Of a stretch of DNA of 64,000 nt, positions 8,035-17,513 are shown piece after piece; the first letter of the stretch is position 1; each line of letters opens with the position of its first letter. Below the pieces are notes generated by a model. The model was not told the origin of the DNA and did no database searches. It was given only the letters and a program-made list of their open reading frames with translations. This DNA comes from Bacteroidales bacterium (GTDB lineage: Bacteria > Bacteroidota > Bacteroidia > Bacteroidales > F082). The stretch spans positions 175,716 to 239,715 of the forward strand of contig JAZQYR010000017.1 in NCBI GenBank assembly GCA_045633585.1. Direction: 5' to 3'. The position numbers and the translations under genes were made by a program.

Positions 8035-8081
8035 GTATTTTTACTAACAAATCAAAAACATTTTTTCTTCAAAATTAATAC

Positions 8082-8143
8082 TTTTAACACCCTTTTGTCA
8101 AGGGTTTAACACAAGTATTTTTCGATTTTAACAATTTTAACAC
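8082..8143. repeat. Four direct copies of (T/G)TTTAACA(C/A) at 8082, 8104, 8126 and 8135
   Basis: Read directly. The first three copies are spaced exactly 22 bp apart. Confidence 0.7.
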
Positions 8144-8269
8144 AAACGTTAACGGAATTAAGAAATTTATGTTAATGTTTATTAAGAACTCTGACTTTTG
8201 ACTCCAACCGATGACTTTGACTCTGACTGCTAACTTTCCATTTTCAGTTTCCCATTTTCAACTTTCTTT

Positions 8270-8350
8270 GGGCGTTCCGCTACGCGTCGGGCTTTCCGCT
8301 ATATCTTTTTCCGCTACGCTCCAAAAGGATGCCGCTCCAATCCCTAACGC
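8270..8350 (+). repeat. GC-rich ~81-nt intergenic repeat, copy B
   Basis: Same orientation as copy A. Identical 20-nt (8289-8308) and 27-nt (8324-8350) blocks. Confidence 0.85.
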
Positions 8351-8422
8351 TTGGGAGCTCCAAACATTGATCAGCTAGCATTAGCAAACCTTGTAGAGAC
8401 GTCACCCCTGTGGCGTCTTATG

Positions 8423-8463
8423 AAAAAAACAAAAAAAACGACGTCACTAGTTAGTGGCGTCGT
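8423..8463 (-). terminator. Intrinsic terminator of gcvP
   Basis: Hairpin 8438-8463 (ACGACGTCACT/AGTGGCGTCGT) followed on the minus strand by T8GT7. It lies 50 nt downstream of the gcvP stop. Confidence 0.8.
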
Positions 8464-8513
8464 TTATATCGTGGACAAAGACCGTTGTCTGTTGTCCGTA
8501 GTCTGTTGACCAA

Positions 8514-11372
8514 TCAATCAATTCTGCAGCAGAGGTTTCTGTCGCCGAATGCATCGTCGATTCTTGTTACGTGTGGGAAGTATTTATCCTGAACATCGCT
8601 CTTGTTAGGGAAACCTGCTTCTGAACGTGTGAATGGGAATTCCCAGTTGTCAGCCATCAACATTTCAGCTGTGTAAGGAGCGTGTGAGATAACGTTGTTG
8701 CCTCTTTCAGCCTTGCCACTTTCGATGTCAGCGATTTCTTGACGAATCTTAATCATAGCGTCAACGAAACGATCTAATTCTGCTAATGGTTCACTTTCTG
8801 TTGGTTCAACCATCAATGTTTCGTGAACTGGGAACGCTACTGTTGGAGCGTGGAATCCGTAGTCCATCAAACGTTTAGCGATGTCGATAGCAGCAACGCC
8901 TGTAGCTTTGTTGATAGCGTGGATATCGAGAATCATTTCGTGTGCAACGTGACCGTTGTTACCGATATAAAGGATTGGATAATAATCTTTCAATCTATCT
9001 TTGAGGTAGTTAGCATTCAAGATAGCCATCTTTGTTGCTTCTCTTAAACCTTCACCGCCTAACATCTTGATATAAGCGTAAGAGATTGTGAGGATTTGTG
9101 CGCTACCGTAAGGAGCTGCTGATACAGCGCCGAGTTTTTCGTTATATGTAGCGAGGTTGAGGTGAGTTGGCAAGAATGGTACCAAGTGAGCTGCAACGCC
9201 GATAGGACCAACACCAGGACCGCCACCGCCGTGAGGGATAGCGAATGTCTTGTGTAAGTTGAGGTGGCAAACGTCAGCGCCGATGAAACCAGGACATGTG
9301 AGACCAACTTGTGCGTTCATGTTAGCACCGTCCATATAAACTTGACCGCCATTATCGTGAACTATCTTCATCAAGTCGCGGATACCGTCTTCATAGATAC
9401 CGTGTGTTGAAGGATATGTTACCATAAATGCAGCGAGATCGTCTTTATATTGTTCAGCCTTTGCCTTAGCATCTTCCATGTCGATGTTACCGTTTTCGTC
9501 ACATTTGACAACAATAACTTGCATACCTGCCATTGCTGCTGATGCTGGGTTTGTACCGTGTGCTGATGCTGGAATCAAGCAGATGTTACGGTGACCTTGG
9601 CCGTTAGCTTCTTGGTAACGACGGATAGTCAAGAGACCTGCGTATTCACCGCTAGCACCTGAGTTAGGCATGAATGACATACCAGCGAAGCCTGTGATTT
9701 CACAGAGGTCTTTACCTAATTCGTTGATGAGTTCTAAGTAACCTTCAGCTTGGTCTGCTGGTACGAATGGGTGAATGTTAGCGAATTCTGGCCAGCTCAA
9801 AGCGAACATTGATGTTGCTGAGTTGAGTTTCATTGTACATGAGCCGAGAGGAATCATAGCGCGGTTCAAACTCAAGTCGCGGTCTTCCAATTGTTTCATA
9901 TAACGCATCATGTCTGTTTCGCTGCGATATTTGAAGAATACTGGCTCTTGTAAGTATGATGATGTACGTTGCATATCAGCAGCGATACCATTGAATGTAC
10001 CACATACTGCAGGGTTGCAAACGAAGTCTTCGTGTTGTTTACCGAGAACTTCACAAACTACAGCGACGATTTCGTTAACGTCTTCTAATGATGTTGTTTC
10101 GTCTAAGCTGATAGCGAAATGTTGTTTGTCGATGATACGGAAGTTCATCTGATGTTGAAGAGCTACCTCATTGACTTTGCATGTGCAGAAGCCTTCTGGT
10201 AATTCGAAATGTAATGTATCGAAATAAGAATCGTTAAGTTGTTTAACGCCATACTTTTGCATTTCTTTATCGAGAACGCAAGCCAAAATATTGATGTGAC
10301 GAGCGATTTCTCTGATACCTTCAGCGCCGTGATAGATTGCATAGAATCCTGACATGATACCGAGGAGAGCTTGTGCTGTACAGATGTTTGATGTAGCTTT
10401 TTCGCGTTTGATATGTTGTTCACGTGTTTGCAATGAAAGACGATAAGCTGGGTTACCGAGAGCGTCTTTTGAGATACCGATGATACGGCCTGGCATTTCA
10501 CGTTTGTAAGCGTCTGTTGTTGCGAAGAATCCTGTGTGAGGACCGCCGAATGCCATTGGCAAACCGAAACGTTGGCTTGAACCGACAACAGCATCTGCAC
10601 CCCATTCACCTGGAGCTGTGATAAGAGCCAAACTCATAAGGTCTGAAGCAACTGCTACCTGCATGCCTTTTTCTTTCCATGCTTTAACATCTTCGCTATA
10701 GTTGATAACACGACCATATTGGTTTGGACATTGAACTAAAATACCGAAGTATTCTTCACCTGCGCTGAAGTTCTTGACATCGTCAACAATGACTTCAATG
10801 CCTAAATGATATGCTCTAGTTTTGATAACGTCGACTGTGTGTGGGAAAACGTCGTTAGCAACAAAGAACTTATTGATGCCAGCTTTGACTTGTGCGCGGC
10901 TGCGGCTGTGCCAGAACATCAACATTGCTTCAGAAGCTGCTGTTGCTTCATCCAACAATGAAGCGTTTGCCAATGGCATAGCTGTCATGTCGCTGATAAC
11001 TGTTTGATAATTCAAGAGAGCTTCAAGACGACCTTGTGAAATTTCTGCTTGGTATGGAGTATAAGATGTATACCAACCTGGATTTTCAAGAATATTACGT
11101 GTGATGACACCTGGAGTGATTACGTTATAGTAACCCATACCGATGTAGCTTCTGTAAATCTTATTCTTTGCGCCTAAAGCCTTAAGCTTGCCGTAGCATT
11201 CATATTCATTCAAGCCACTGCCTATATTCAAACCTTCAGGAAGGCGAATGTCTGATGATATAATTTCGTCAATAAGTTGATCTGTTGATTCAACGCCAAC
11301 AACCTCAAGCATTTTCTTTACGTCTGCTTCTGTTGGTCCGTTGTGACGTTTAATGAAATTGTTGTTAATCAT
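8514..11372 (-). CDS. gcvP: Glycine dehydrogenase (decarboxylating), single-chain P-protein
   Basis: 952 aa. The PLP-lysine region CHLNLHKTFAIPHGGGGPG and overall length are typical of a fused GcvP. Confidence 0.95.
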   Translation of the reverse strand: MINNNFIKRHNGPTEADVKKMLEVVGVESTDQLIDEIISSDIRLPEGLNIGSGLNEYECYGKLKALGAKNKIYRSYIGMGYYNVITPGVITRNILENPGWYTSYTPYQAEISQGRLEALLNYQTVISDMTAMPLANASLLDEATAASEAMLMFWHSRSRAQVKAGINKFFVANDVFPHTVDVIKTRAYHLGIEVIVDDVKNFSAGEEYFGILVQCPNQYGRVINYSEDVKAWKEKGMQVAVASDLMSLALITAPGEWGADAVVGSSQRFGLPMAFGGPHTGFFATTDAYKREMPGRIIGISKDALGNPAYRLSLQTREQHIKREKATSNICTAQALLGIMSGFYAIYHGAEGIREIARHINILACVLDKEMQKYGVKQLNDSYFDTLHFELPEGFCTCKVNEVALQHQMNFRIIDKQHFAISLDETTSLEDVNEIVAVVCEVLGKQHEDFVCNPAVCGTFNGIAADMQRTSSYLQEPVFFKYRSETDMMRYMKQLEDRDLSLNRAMIPLGSCTMKLNSATSMFALSWPEFANIHPFVPADQAEGYLELINELGKDLCEITGFAGMSFMPNSGASGEYAGLLTIRRYQEANGQGHRNICLIPASAHGTNPASAAMAGMQVIVVKCDENGNIDMEDAKAKAEQYKDDLAAFMVTYPSTHGIYEDGIRDLMKIVHDNGGQVYMDGANMNAQVGLTCPGFIGADVCHLNLHKTFAIPHGGGGPGVGPIGVAAHLVPFLPTHLNLATYNEKLGAVSAAPYGSAQILTISYAYIKMLGGEGLREATKMAILNANYLKDRLKDYYPILYIGNNGHVAHEMILDIHAINKATGVAAIDIAKRLMDYGFHAPTVAFPVHETLMVEPTESEPLAELDRFVDAMIKIRQEIADIESGKAERGNNVISHAPYTAEMLMADNWEFPFTRSEAGFPNKSDVQDKYFPHVTRIDDAFGDRNLCCRID

Positions 11373-11411
11373 ATTATTAGTTATTTAATGAAATACTTTT
11401 TACTTATTCCG

Positions 11412-11419
11412 CAAATTTA
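11412..11419 (-). promoter_or_regulatory. -7 promoter element TAAATTTG for gcvP
   Basis: Exact TAnnTTTG on the minus strand, about 40 nt upstream of the ATG. An A9 tract lies immediately upstream. Confidence 0.55.
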
Positions 11420-11485
11420 GTTTTTTTTTCTTACAATTCGCACTCCTTTAAATAATTTTATATTTTTGTAACAAATTAAATTTTT

Positions 11486-12220
11486 ATGAAAAAAATAGCT
11501 TTGATTTCATTGTTTACATGCATGTTTTTTGCTTCTTGTAACAATTACAAAATAAAATACGACGGTCCTGATGCTATCAATATCGTTTGGCGCGAATCTA
11601 TAAGTCTTAATGCCGATTCCGATGATCCTCTGCACTATCGTTCCGATAACGAAAGAAATGTAACAGTATCCGAAAACGGCGTCGTTTATGGCAAAAATGT
11701 TGGAAAAGCCAATGTTACATTATATAATACAGAAAACGAACTGACAATTCCTGTAACAGTAGACTTATTCGAAGAACCAACCCTTAACTTTGGTGCATCA
11801 ACAAGCGAGATAAAATCTTTATACGGAGAGCCAAAATACAACTTCGGAGATAGCGTCTATGTTTATGGCGGAGGTCAAGACTGGTACTCACCATCAGTAT
11901 GGGAAATGAACTTCTTCTTCTCTAATGACCAATACTACGAAGCTGATCTTTATCTTAGGAACGACCTGGATATCCTCCTCACTAAATATCTTGAAGAAAA
12001 CTTTTTCTACTACAACACATTAACTGACACATTAAACGGCGAAATAAAAACCATTTACATTTATTTGGATACCGAAGATCCTAGATTTGCAGATGTTATT
12101 GTTGGAAAACAATACAACGTAGGAAAATATCAAGACATACTTCTCATCTACGCTCCTTCCGAAGCTCTCGACATAAACTCAAGATCAAGAGATTTTGTCG
12201 CAAAAGAAATAAGCCGATAA
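11486..12220 (+). CDS. Hypothetical lipoprotein with an Ig-like (Big_2-type) segment
   Basis: MKKIALISLFTCMFFASCNN signal peptide plus lipobox. The segment SDNERNVTVSENGVVYGKNVGKANVT resembles Big_2. TATTTTTG at 11461-11468 lies upstream. Confidence 0.65.
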   Translation: MKKIALISLFTCMFFASCNNYKIKYDGPDAINIVWRESISLNADSDDPLHYRSDNERNVTVSENGVVYGKNVGKANVTLYNTENELTIPVTVDLFEEPTLNFGASTSEIKSLYGEPKYNFGDSVYVYGGGQDWYSPSVWEMNFFFSNDQYYEADLYLRNDLDILLTKYLEENFFYYNTLTDTLNGEIKTIYIYLDTEDPRFADVIVGKQYNVGKYQDILLIYAPSEALDINSRSRDFVAKEISR

Positions 12221-12231
12221 TTATAAATCAT

Positions 12232-12268
12232 AAAAAAATAAAGGGGACTATGATAGTCCCCTTTTTTA
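12232..12268. terminator. Bidirectional intrinsic terminator (A7, AGGGGACTA/TAGTCCCCT, T6)
   Basis: 9-bp GC-rich stem between the convergent genes ending at 12220 and 12272. Confidence 0.85.
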
Positions 12269-12271
12269 TTA

Positions 12272-14089
12272 TCAATCGTTAGATTCTTCTCTCTTGCTTT
12301 GACGTTTACGTTCTATTTCATCCAAGATGATTTTTCTCAAACGCAAGCTCTTTGGTGTGATTTCGAGATATTCATCATCTCTGATCATTTCCATATATTC
12401 TTCCAATGAGAATCGTTTTGGTGGGATGAGAACAATCTTTTCATCTGAACCAGAAGCACGTACGTTAGTCAAATGTTTTGTTTTATTGACATTTAACACT
12501 ATATCGTTAGAACGTGTGTTTTCACCGATGACCTCACCTGCATATACTTCTTCATTTGGCATTACGAAGAATGAGCCTCGGTCTTGCAACTTCCACAATG
12601 CGTAAGGAACAGCAGTACCTGTTTCCATTGCGATGAGAGCGCCTGTGTTACGTCCAGGGATTTCACCTCTCCATGGTTCATAACCTTTAAGTCTTTGTGA
12701 CATAACAGCTTCACCTTCTGTTGCTGTAAGCATATTGCTTCTTAAGCCGATGAGACCTCTTGATGGGATTTCAAAGTCGATGTTCATTCTGTCACCCTTA
12801 GGCTGCATGTTTGTCATCTCGCCTTTCTTAGCTGTAACAAGTTCAATAACACGACCTGCGAATTGTTCTGGAACCTGAACTGTCAATATTTCAATAGGTT
12901 CGCATTTCTTGCCGTCTATTTCTTTCAAGATAACCTTTGGCTGTCCAATTTGGAATTCATAACCTTCACGACGCATTGTCTCAATCAAAATTGAAAGGTG
13001 CAAGATACCACGGCCAAATACCATCATTGAATCTGGTGATGCTGTGTCCTCAATGCGAAGTGCAAGGTTCTTTTCCAACTCTTTATATAAACGTTCACGA
13101 AGGTGACGTGATGTAACAAATTTACCTTCTTTGCCAAAGAATGGTGAGTTATTGATTGTGAACAACATACTCATTGTTGGCTCGTCAACATGGATTGGTG
13201 GCAATGCTTCTGGATTTTCCAAATCAGCGACTGTATCTCCGATTTCAAAGTCTTCAAGACCCATAACAGCAACGATATCACCAGCTTTAATAGGATTCTT
13301 TGTTCTTTCTTTTCCTAAACCTTCGAATGTATATAATTCTTTGATTGTGTTCTTTTTTATTGAACCATCACGTTTCATAAGTGATACGTTCATACCTGCC
13401 TGCAACACGCCTCTCTTCAAACGACCGACAGCGATACGACCTACGTAAGAGCTGTAATCCAATGAAGTGATAAGCATCTGTGGTGTACCTTCTTCATATT
13501 TAGCTGCTGGAATATGTTCCAAGATTGTATCAAGAAGATATGAAATATCTGATGTCACATTTTTATAATTATCAGACATCCAGCCTTGTTTTGAAGAACC
13601 GAAGACCGTTGGGAAATCAAGCTGATCTTCTGTTGCACCCAAATTAAACATCAAATCGAAAACAGCTTCCTGTGTTTCTTCTGGGTAGCAGTTTGGTTTG
13701 TCAACTTTGTTGATAACAACGATTGGCTTAAGTCCTAACAACAAAGCTTTTTCAAGAACGAAACGAGTCTGTGGCATTGGACCTTCAAAAGCGTCGACAA
13801 GCAAGAGAACGCCGTCGGCCATATTAAGGACACGCTCCACTTCACCGCCGAAATCGGAGTGACCTGGAGTATCTATGATATTAATCTTTGTGCCTTTATA
13901 GCGTACAGAAACGTTTTTTGACAAAATGGTGATACCTCGTTCACGTTCAAGATCATTATTGTCCAACATTAAATCTGTAGTTTCCTGATTGTCTCTAAAC
14001 AATCTTGATTGGTGTAAAATACGATCCACCAATGTAGTTTTACCATGGTCAACATGGGCAATAATTGCAACGTTACGAATGCTCTCCAT
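12272..14089 (-). CDS. typA: Translational GTPase TypA/BipA
   Basis: [15 protein letters not shown] (G1), DTPGH (G3), NKVD (G4). 605 aa with an EF-G-like domain layout. Confidence 0.95.
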   Translation of the reverse strand: MESIRNVAIIAHVDHGKTTLVDRILHQSRLFRDNQETTDLMLDNNDLERERGITILSKNVSVRYKGTKINIIDTPGHSDFGGEVERVLNMADGVLLLVDAFEGPMPQTRFVLEKALLLGLKPIVVINKVDKPNCYPEETQEAVFDLMFNLGATEDQLDFPTVFGSSKQGWMSDNYKNVTSDISYLLDTILEHIPAAKYEEGTPQMLITSLDYSSYVGRIAVGRLKRGVLQAGMNVSLMKRDGSIKKNTIKELYTFEGLGKERTKNPIKAGDIVAVMGLEDFEIGDTVADLENPEALPPIHVDEPTMSMLFTINNSPFFGKEGKFVTSRHLRERLYKELEKNLALRIEDTASPDSMMVFGRGILHLSILIETMRREGYEFQIGQPKVILKEIDGKKCEPIEILTVQVPEQFAGRVIELVTAKKGEMTNMQPKGDRMNIDFEIPSRGLIGLRSNMLTATEGEAVMSQRLKGYEPWRGEIPGRNTGALIAMETGTAVPYALWKLQDRGSFFVMPNEEVYAGEVIGENTRSNDIVLNVNKTKHLTNVRASGSDEKIVLIPPKRFSLEEYMEMIRDDEYLEITPKSLRLRKIILDEIERKRQSKREESND

Positions 14090-14128
14090 CTATATATTTT
14101 TTATTTATTAAAATTCAAAAAACGAGTG

Positions 14129-14136
14129 CAAATTTA
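14129..14136 (-). promoter_or_regulatory. -7 promoter element TAAATTTG for typA
   Basis: Exact TAnnTTTG on the minus strand, 40 nt upstream of the ATG. Confidence 0.5.
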
Positions 14137-14171
14137 CAAAAAAAATGATTTTTTATCCAAAAAAAATGTAT

Positions 14172-17100
14172 TTAAGGAACTGGTTTTACATCAACATTTT
14201 CATTCGCTTTACTTATATACACCAAATATGCTTCTATGTCTTTTTTAACACCCATACCTCTCAAGGCTGCAATATATTCCTGAAGCTGATTTTCATGTTT
14301 TTTCTCATCCTCTTTGCCAGTCTTATAGTCTATGAGTATCAGCCTGCCACCATATTCAACATATCTATCAGGGCGTAATATATCATTTTTATTCTCCTTA
14401 CTGTTGTATGCAAGTATGTCCATCTCATTTCTGACAACAGCCTCTTTTGAGTATGCGTCTTTTAGTTCTGGCCTATTGACTATATCATCAAACTGACGCT
14501 GAAGCATCTCCGCCTGTTCCTGGTCTATAGAACCATCATTGATATATACATTCAGCACCTTTTGTGAATCTTCTATAGTATTGATTTTTGACAAGATTTC
14601 ATGCACTAGATTTCCCCACTCTCGTGGTTCATAACCTTCACCTCCAGTAGTATCAACACAAAACATTGTAGGATCCATATCAAATTTCAAGACATCAGCC
14701 CATTTTCTCAAAGGCTTCGGCATATCTTCGGAATCTAACTCAAGAATCTCTTTGGGCTTTTTCTTTTCATCATCATCATCTTCTTCCTTCTCTTCTTTCT
14801 TATAATATTTTATCTCACCCAATTCAAACTTAATGCTATTCTGATTATCCAAGACTGTCTTTTTAAAACGATCACGAATCAATTCCATATCTTCATCTTC
14901 AACAAGAATAGCCTCACCTGTTACTGAAAAATACAGTCTATCAACATCATCAATTTCAAAATAATCGACAAATAAATTATATGATTCAAACTTCTTGTCA
15001 TTAGTTTTTTGTTCATATTTAGTATAAATGAACATCAAATCTTTAGGTCGTGTCATTGCGACATACATTATATTGAATGCATCGAAAGCCGTTTTATCGA
15101 TTTCTTCTGTATAATGAGATTCAAGGTTTGTGTCAAGAAGCTTTTTATTAATAGGTAATATAAAGTTGCTTATACCATTAATATCTTTTAACACTTCAAA
15201 TTCTTTGGAAGAAAGCCACTTCTCAGATCCTTTAAAGGTACCTTGTACTGTCGTATATGCATAAGGAAACATAACAACCTTAAACTCAAGACCTTTTGAC
15301 TTATGAACTGTCATGATCTGAACCGCATCTATTTCTGAAGTAATCATGACCTTAAGAGAATCTGATTTTTTATCCCAATGTTCAAGAAAAGCCTCAACAC
15401 CTTTATTTTCAGCATTTTGCCACTCAAAAACATGATTCATAAAATATTGCAGGAACACATCGTCTACAATATTCAAATTATGCTCTTTGATTATGGTACA
15501 ACATAAGTCATATAAGCTATAAGCCTGATTTCTCAAATCATATATCTTATTGAAGTCCACATCATCGCTCAACGCCTTAGAAATGTCACACGATTCGCCT
15601 GAGCATACGTTATTATAAAATGACAAAGCCAATTTATTAGTATCATTCTTATCATCAACCATACACCTAAGCGTATATATGACAAGCTCAACTTTATCAG
15701 ACGATTTTAGCAAAATTGATTCCGATGATATGATAGGTATACCGTTCTCCGACATGAATTCAGCTATATCATAGCCATCGTCATTGTTTCGTACGAGAAT
15801 CGCAATATCGCGATAACTGAAACCTTTGCCCTTTAGCATTTCAATGTCTGAAAGCATTGATTTCTTAACGGCTTCTTTATATTGCTTGCTAACACCATCC
15901 GTATCAGTTGCAGTGAATTTCTCCATATCAAAAGCCTCAACGCTCACGAAGCCATCATATGGATATTGCCTTGGACACTTCTGCTCCAAGCCATCGTATA
16001 CTTTACGATAATATTCTGACTTTAATTTATGCTTTGAAAGTCTAAAAAACGAATTATTAAACTCTATTATGTTTCTTTTTGATCGGTAGTTAGAGTCTAA
16101 TGATTCTTTCTGCATGCCTTTAAAATTCTCCTCACATTCAGCATAGAAATCACTGTCATCCGCACCATATATCTCAGGAAGATTCATGATCTGCTCTACT
16201 TCCCCGTTCCTAAAACGATATATAGCCTGTTTTGCATCACCTACCAGAAGGCTCATATTGTTTTCAGAAATGCCATTATTAACCAATGGAAGGAAATTGT
16301 GCCATTGCAAAAGCGATGTATCTTGAAATTCATCAATGAAAAAATGCTTATAGCGAGAACCTATTTTTTCATAAATAAACGGAACGCTACAATCGCCGAG
16401 AATATCTGATATCCTTTTGTTAAACTCTGAAAGATGGACCTTATTGGTTTCGTCAACATATTGATTTATAGTCCTCAATAATGTTCCACGCAAAGCATAT
16501 AGGTATAAATTCTTCCTTATGATATTGACACCAAAATACTTATTATAGTTATCCAACAGAGTCTTATACATATCGACCAGATTCACCGATTGGTTAACTC
16601 TAGCAATGGCGTCCTTGTTTCCTTTGGCGGAGAACCAATCTTTCCCTCTATTCAACACCAAACTCACTCTAGCACCAACAAGCGACGAAACGTCATCAAT
16701 ATCTTTCTCTATTTTATTCACCACCGACTGCAATCCAGTCTTGCCATAGAAATAGTCTTCAGACACAATGCCACAATTGTCTTCAACAGTTCTAATAGCA
16801 TTTACACTACTGAAGACCTGACTCTTACAATTATCATAAAGTTTCTTTAAAGCTTCTTTTGTGTCGGCATATTCTTTATCATCAAAGTCTTCAATGTTAA
16901 GCATCTCGCCTCTTTTATATGCGCTTTCTTTAAGAAGTTTTTGGACGAATACTTTTATAGAGCCATCAATCGTCGATGAACTTTCCTCATCTAATTGAAA
17001 ATCGACAAAATCACTCAATATCTCAGTAATGGATTCGCTGTCTTCACCTATCTGGCTGTCAATACTTTGAATCAAACCATCCAGTAGATCGTCATCATCA

Positions 17101-17513
17101 ATAAGAACCTTATACTGAACTGGAAGATTCAACTCTTTAGCGAAACTGCGTGAAACCTGTTGAATGAAACTGTCTATCGTTGATATATTGAAATCTGAAT
17201 AATTATGCAGAATATTATCATACAACACTTTGGCTCTTCTATGCAAAGTTTCTTCATCAATATTCAATGCTTTGATGATATCGGCCTTCATATCTTTATA
17301 ATCCTTGCCTTTACCTCTGACAAATCCGCCAAGATAGAAAAGTATCTTTTCTTTCATCTCATTGGCTGCCTTATTGGTAAAAGTTACTGCCAATATATCT
17401 TTACATGATGCGTTTTCAGATCTCATGGAAAGTGTAAGAAACTCTTTTACAAGAGTATACGTTTTACCTGATCCAGCTGATGCTGTATATAATTTGAATT
17501 TACATTCACTCAT
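14172..17513 (-). CDS. AddA/RecB-like UvrD-family helicase with C-terminal PD-(D/E)XK nuclease
   Basis: Walker A ASAGSGKTY at the N-terminus, UvrD-type motifs (FTNKAANEM, DEFQDTS, SNYRS, TVHKSKGLEF) and a C-terminal LILIDYKTG nuclease motif. 1113 aa. Confidence 0.85.
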   Translation of the reverse strand: MSECKFKLYTASAGSGKTYTLVKEFLTLSMRSENASCKDILAVTFTNKAANEMKEKILFYLGGFVRGKGKDYKDMKADIIKALNIDEETLHRRAKVLYDNILHNYSDFNISTIDSFIQQVSRSFAKELNLPVQYKVLIDDDDLLDGLIQSIDSQIGEDSESITEILSDFVDFQLDEESSSTIDGSIKVFVQKLLKESAYKRGEMLNIEDFDDKEYADTKEALKKLYDNCKSQVFSSVNAIRTVEDNCGIVSEDYFYGKTGLQSVVNKIEKDIDDVSSLVGARVSLVLNRGKDWFSAKGNKDAIARVNQSVNLVDMYKTLLDNYNKYFGVNIIRKNLYLYALRGTLLRTINQYVDETNKVHLSEFNKRISDILGDCSVPFIYEKIGSRYKHFFIDEFQDTSLLQWHNFLPLVNNGISENNMSLLVGDAKQAIYRFRNGEVEQIMNLPEIYGADDSDFYAECEENFKGMQKESLDSNYRSKRNIIEFNNSFFRLSKHKLKSEYYRKVYDGLEQKCPRQYPYDGFVSVEAFDMEKFTATDTDGVSKQYKEAVKKSMLSDIEMLKGKGFSYRDIAILVRNNDDGYDIAEFMSENGIPIISSESILLKSSDKVELVIYTLRCMVDDKNDTNKLALSFYNNVCSGESCDISKALSDDVDFNKIYDLRNQAYSLYDLCCTIIKEHNLNIVDDVFLQYFMNHVFEWQNAENKGVEAFLEHWDKKSDSLKVMITSEIDAVQIMTVHKSKGLEFKVVMFPYAYTTVQGTFKGSEKWLSSKEFEVLKDINGISNFILPINKKLLDTNLESHYTEEIDKTAFDAFNIMYVAMTRPKDLMFIYTKYEQKTNDKKFESYNLFVDYFEIDDVDRLYFSVTGEAILVEDEDMELIRDRFKKTVLDNQNSIKFELGEIKYYKKEEKEEDDDDEKKKPKEILELDSEDMPKPLRKWADVLKFDMDPTMFCVDTTGGEGYEPREWGNLVHEILSKINTIEDSQKVLNVYINDGSIDQEQAEMLQRQFDDIVNRPELKDAYSKEAVVRNEMDILAYNSKENKNDILRPDRYVEYGGRLILIDYKTGKEDEKKHENQLQEYIAALRGMGVKKDIEAYLVYISKANENVDVKPVP

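Noticed and set aside
11373-11485. Glycine riboswitch upstream of gcvP
   Set aside because: The leader is about 40 nt after the -7 box, very AT-rich, and lacks the conserved GGAGAG...CACCG-type cores.
14172-17513. UvrD-helicase/nuclease as a defence helicase (Gabija- or Hna-like)
   Set aside because: The full AddA/RecB-like architecture (N-terminal Walker A, C-terminal RecB nuclease, about 1100 aa) and the housekeeping neighbours favour a recombination-repair enzyme.
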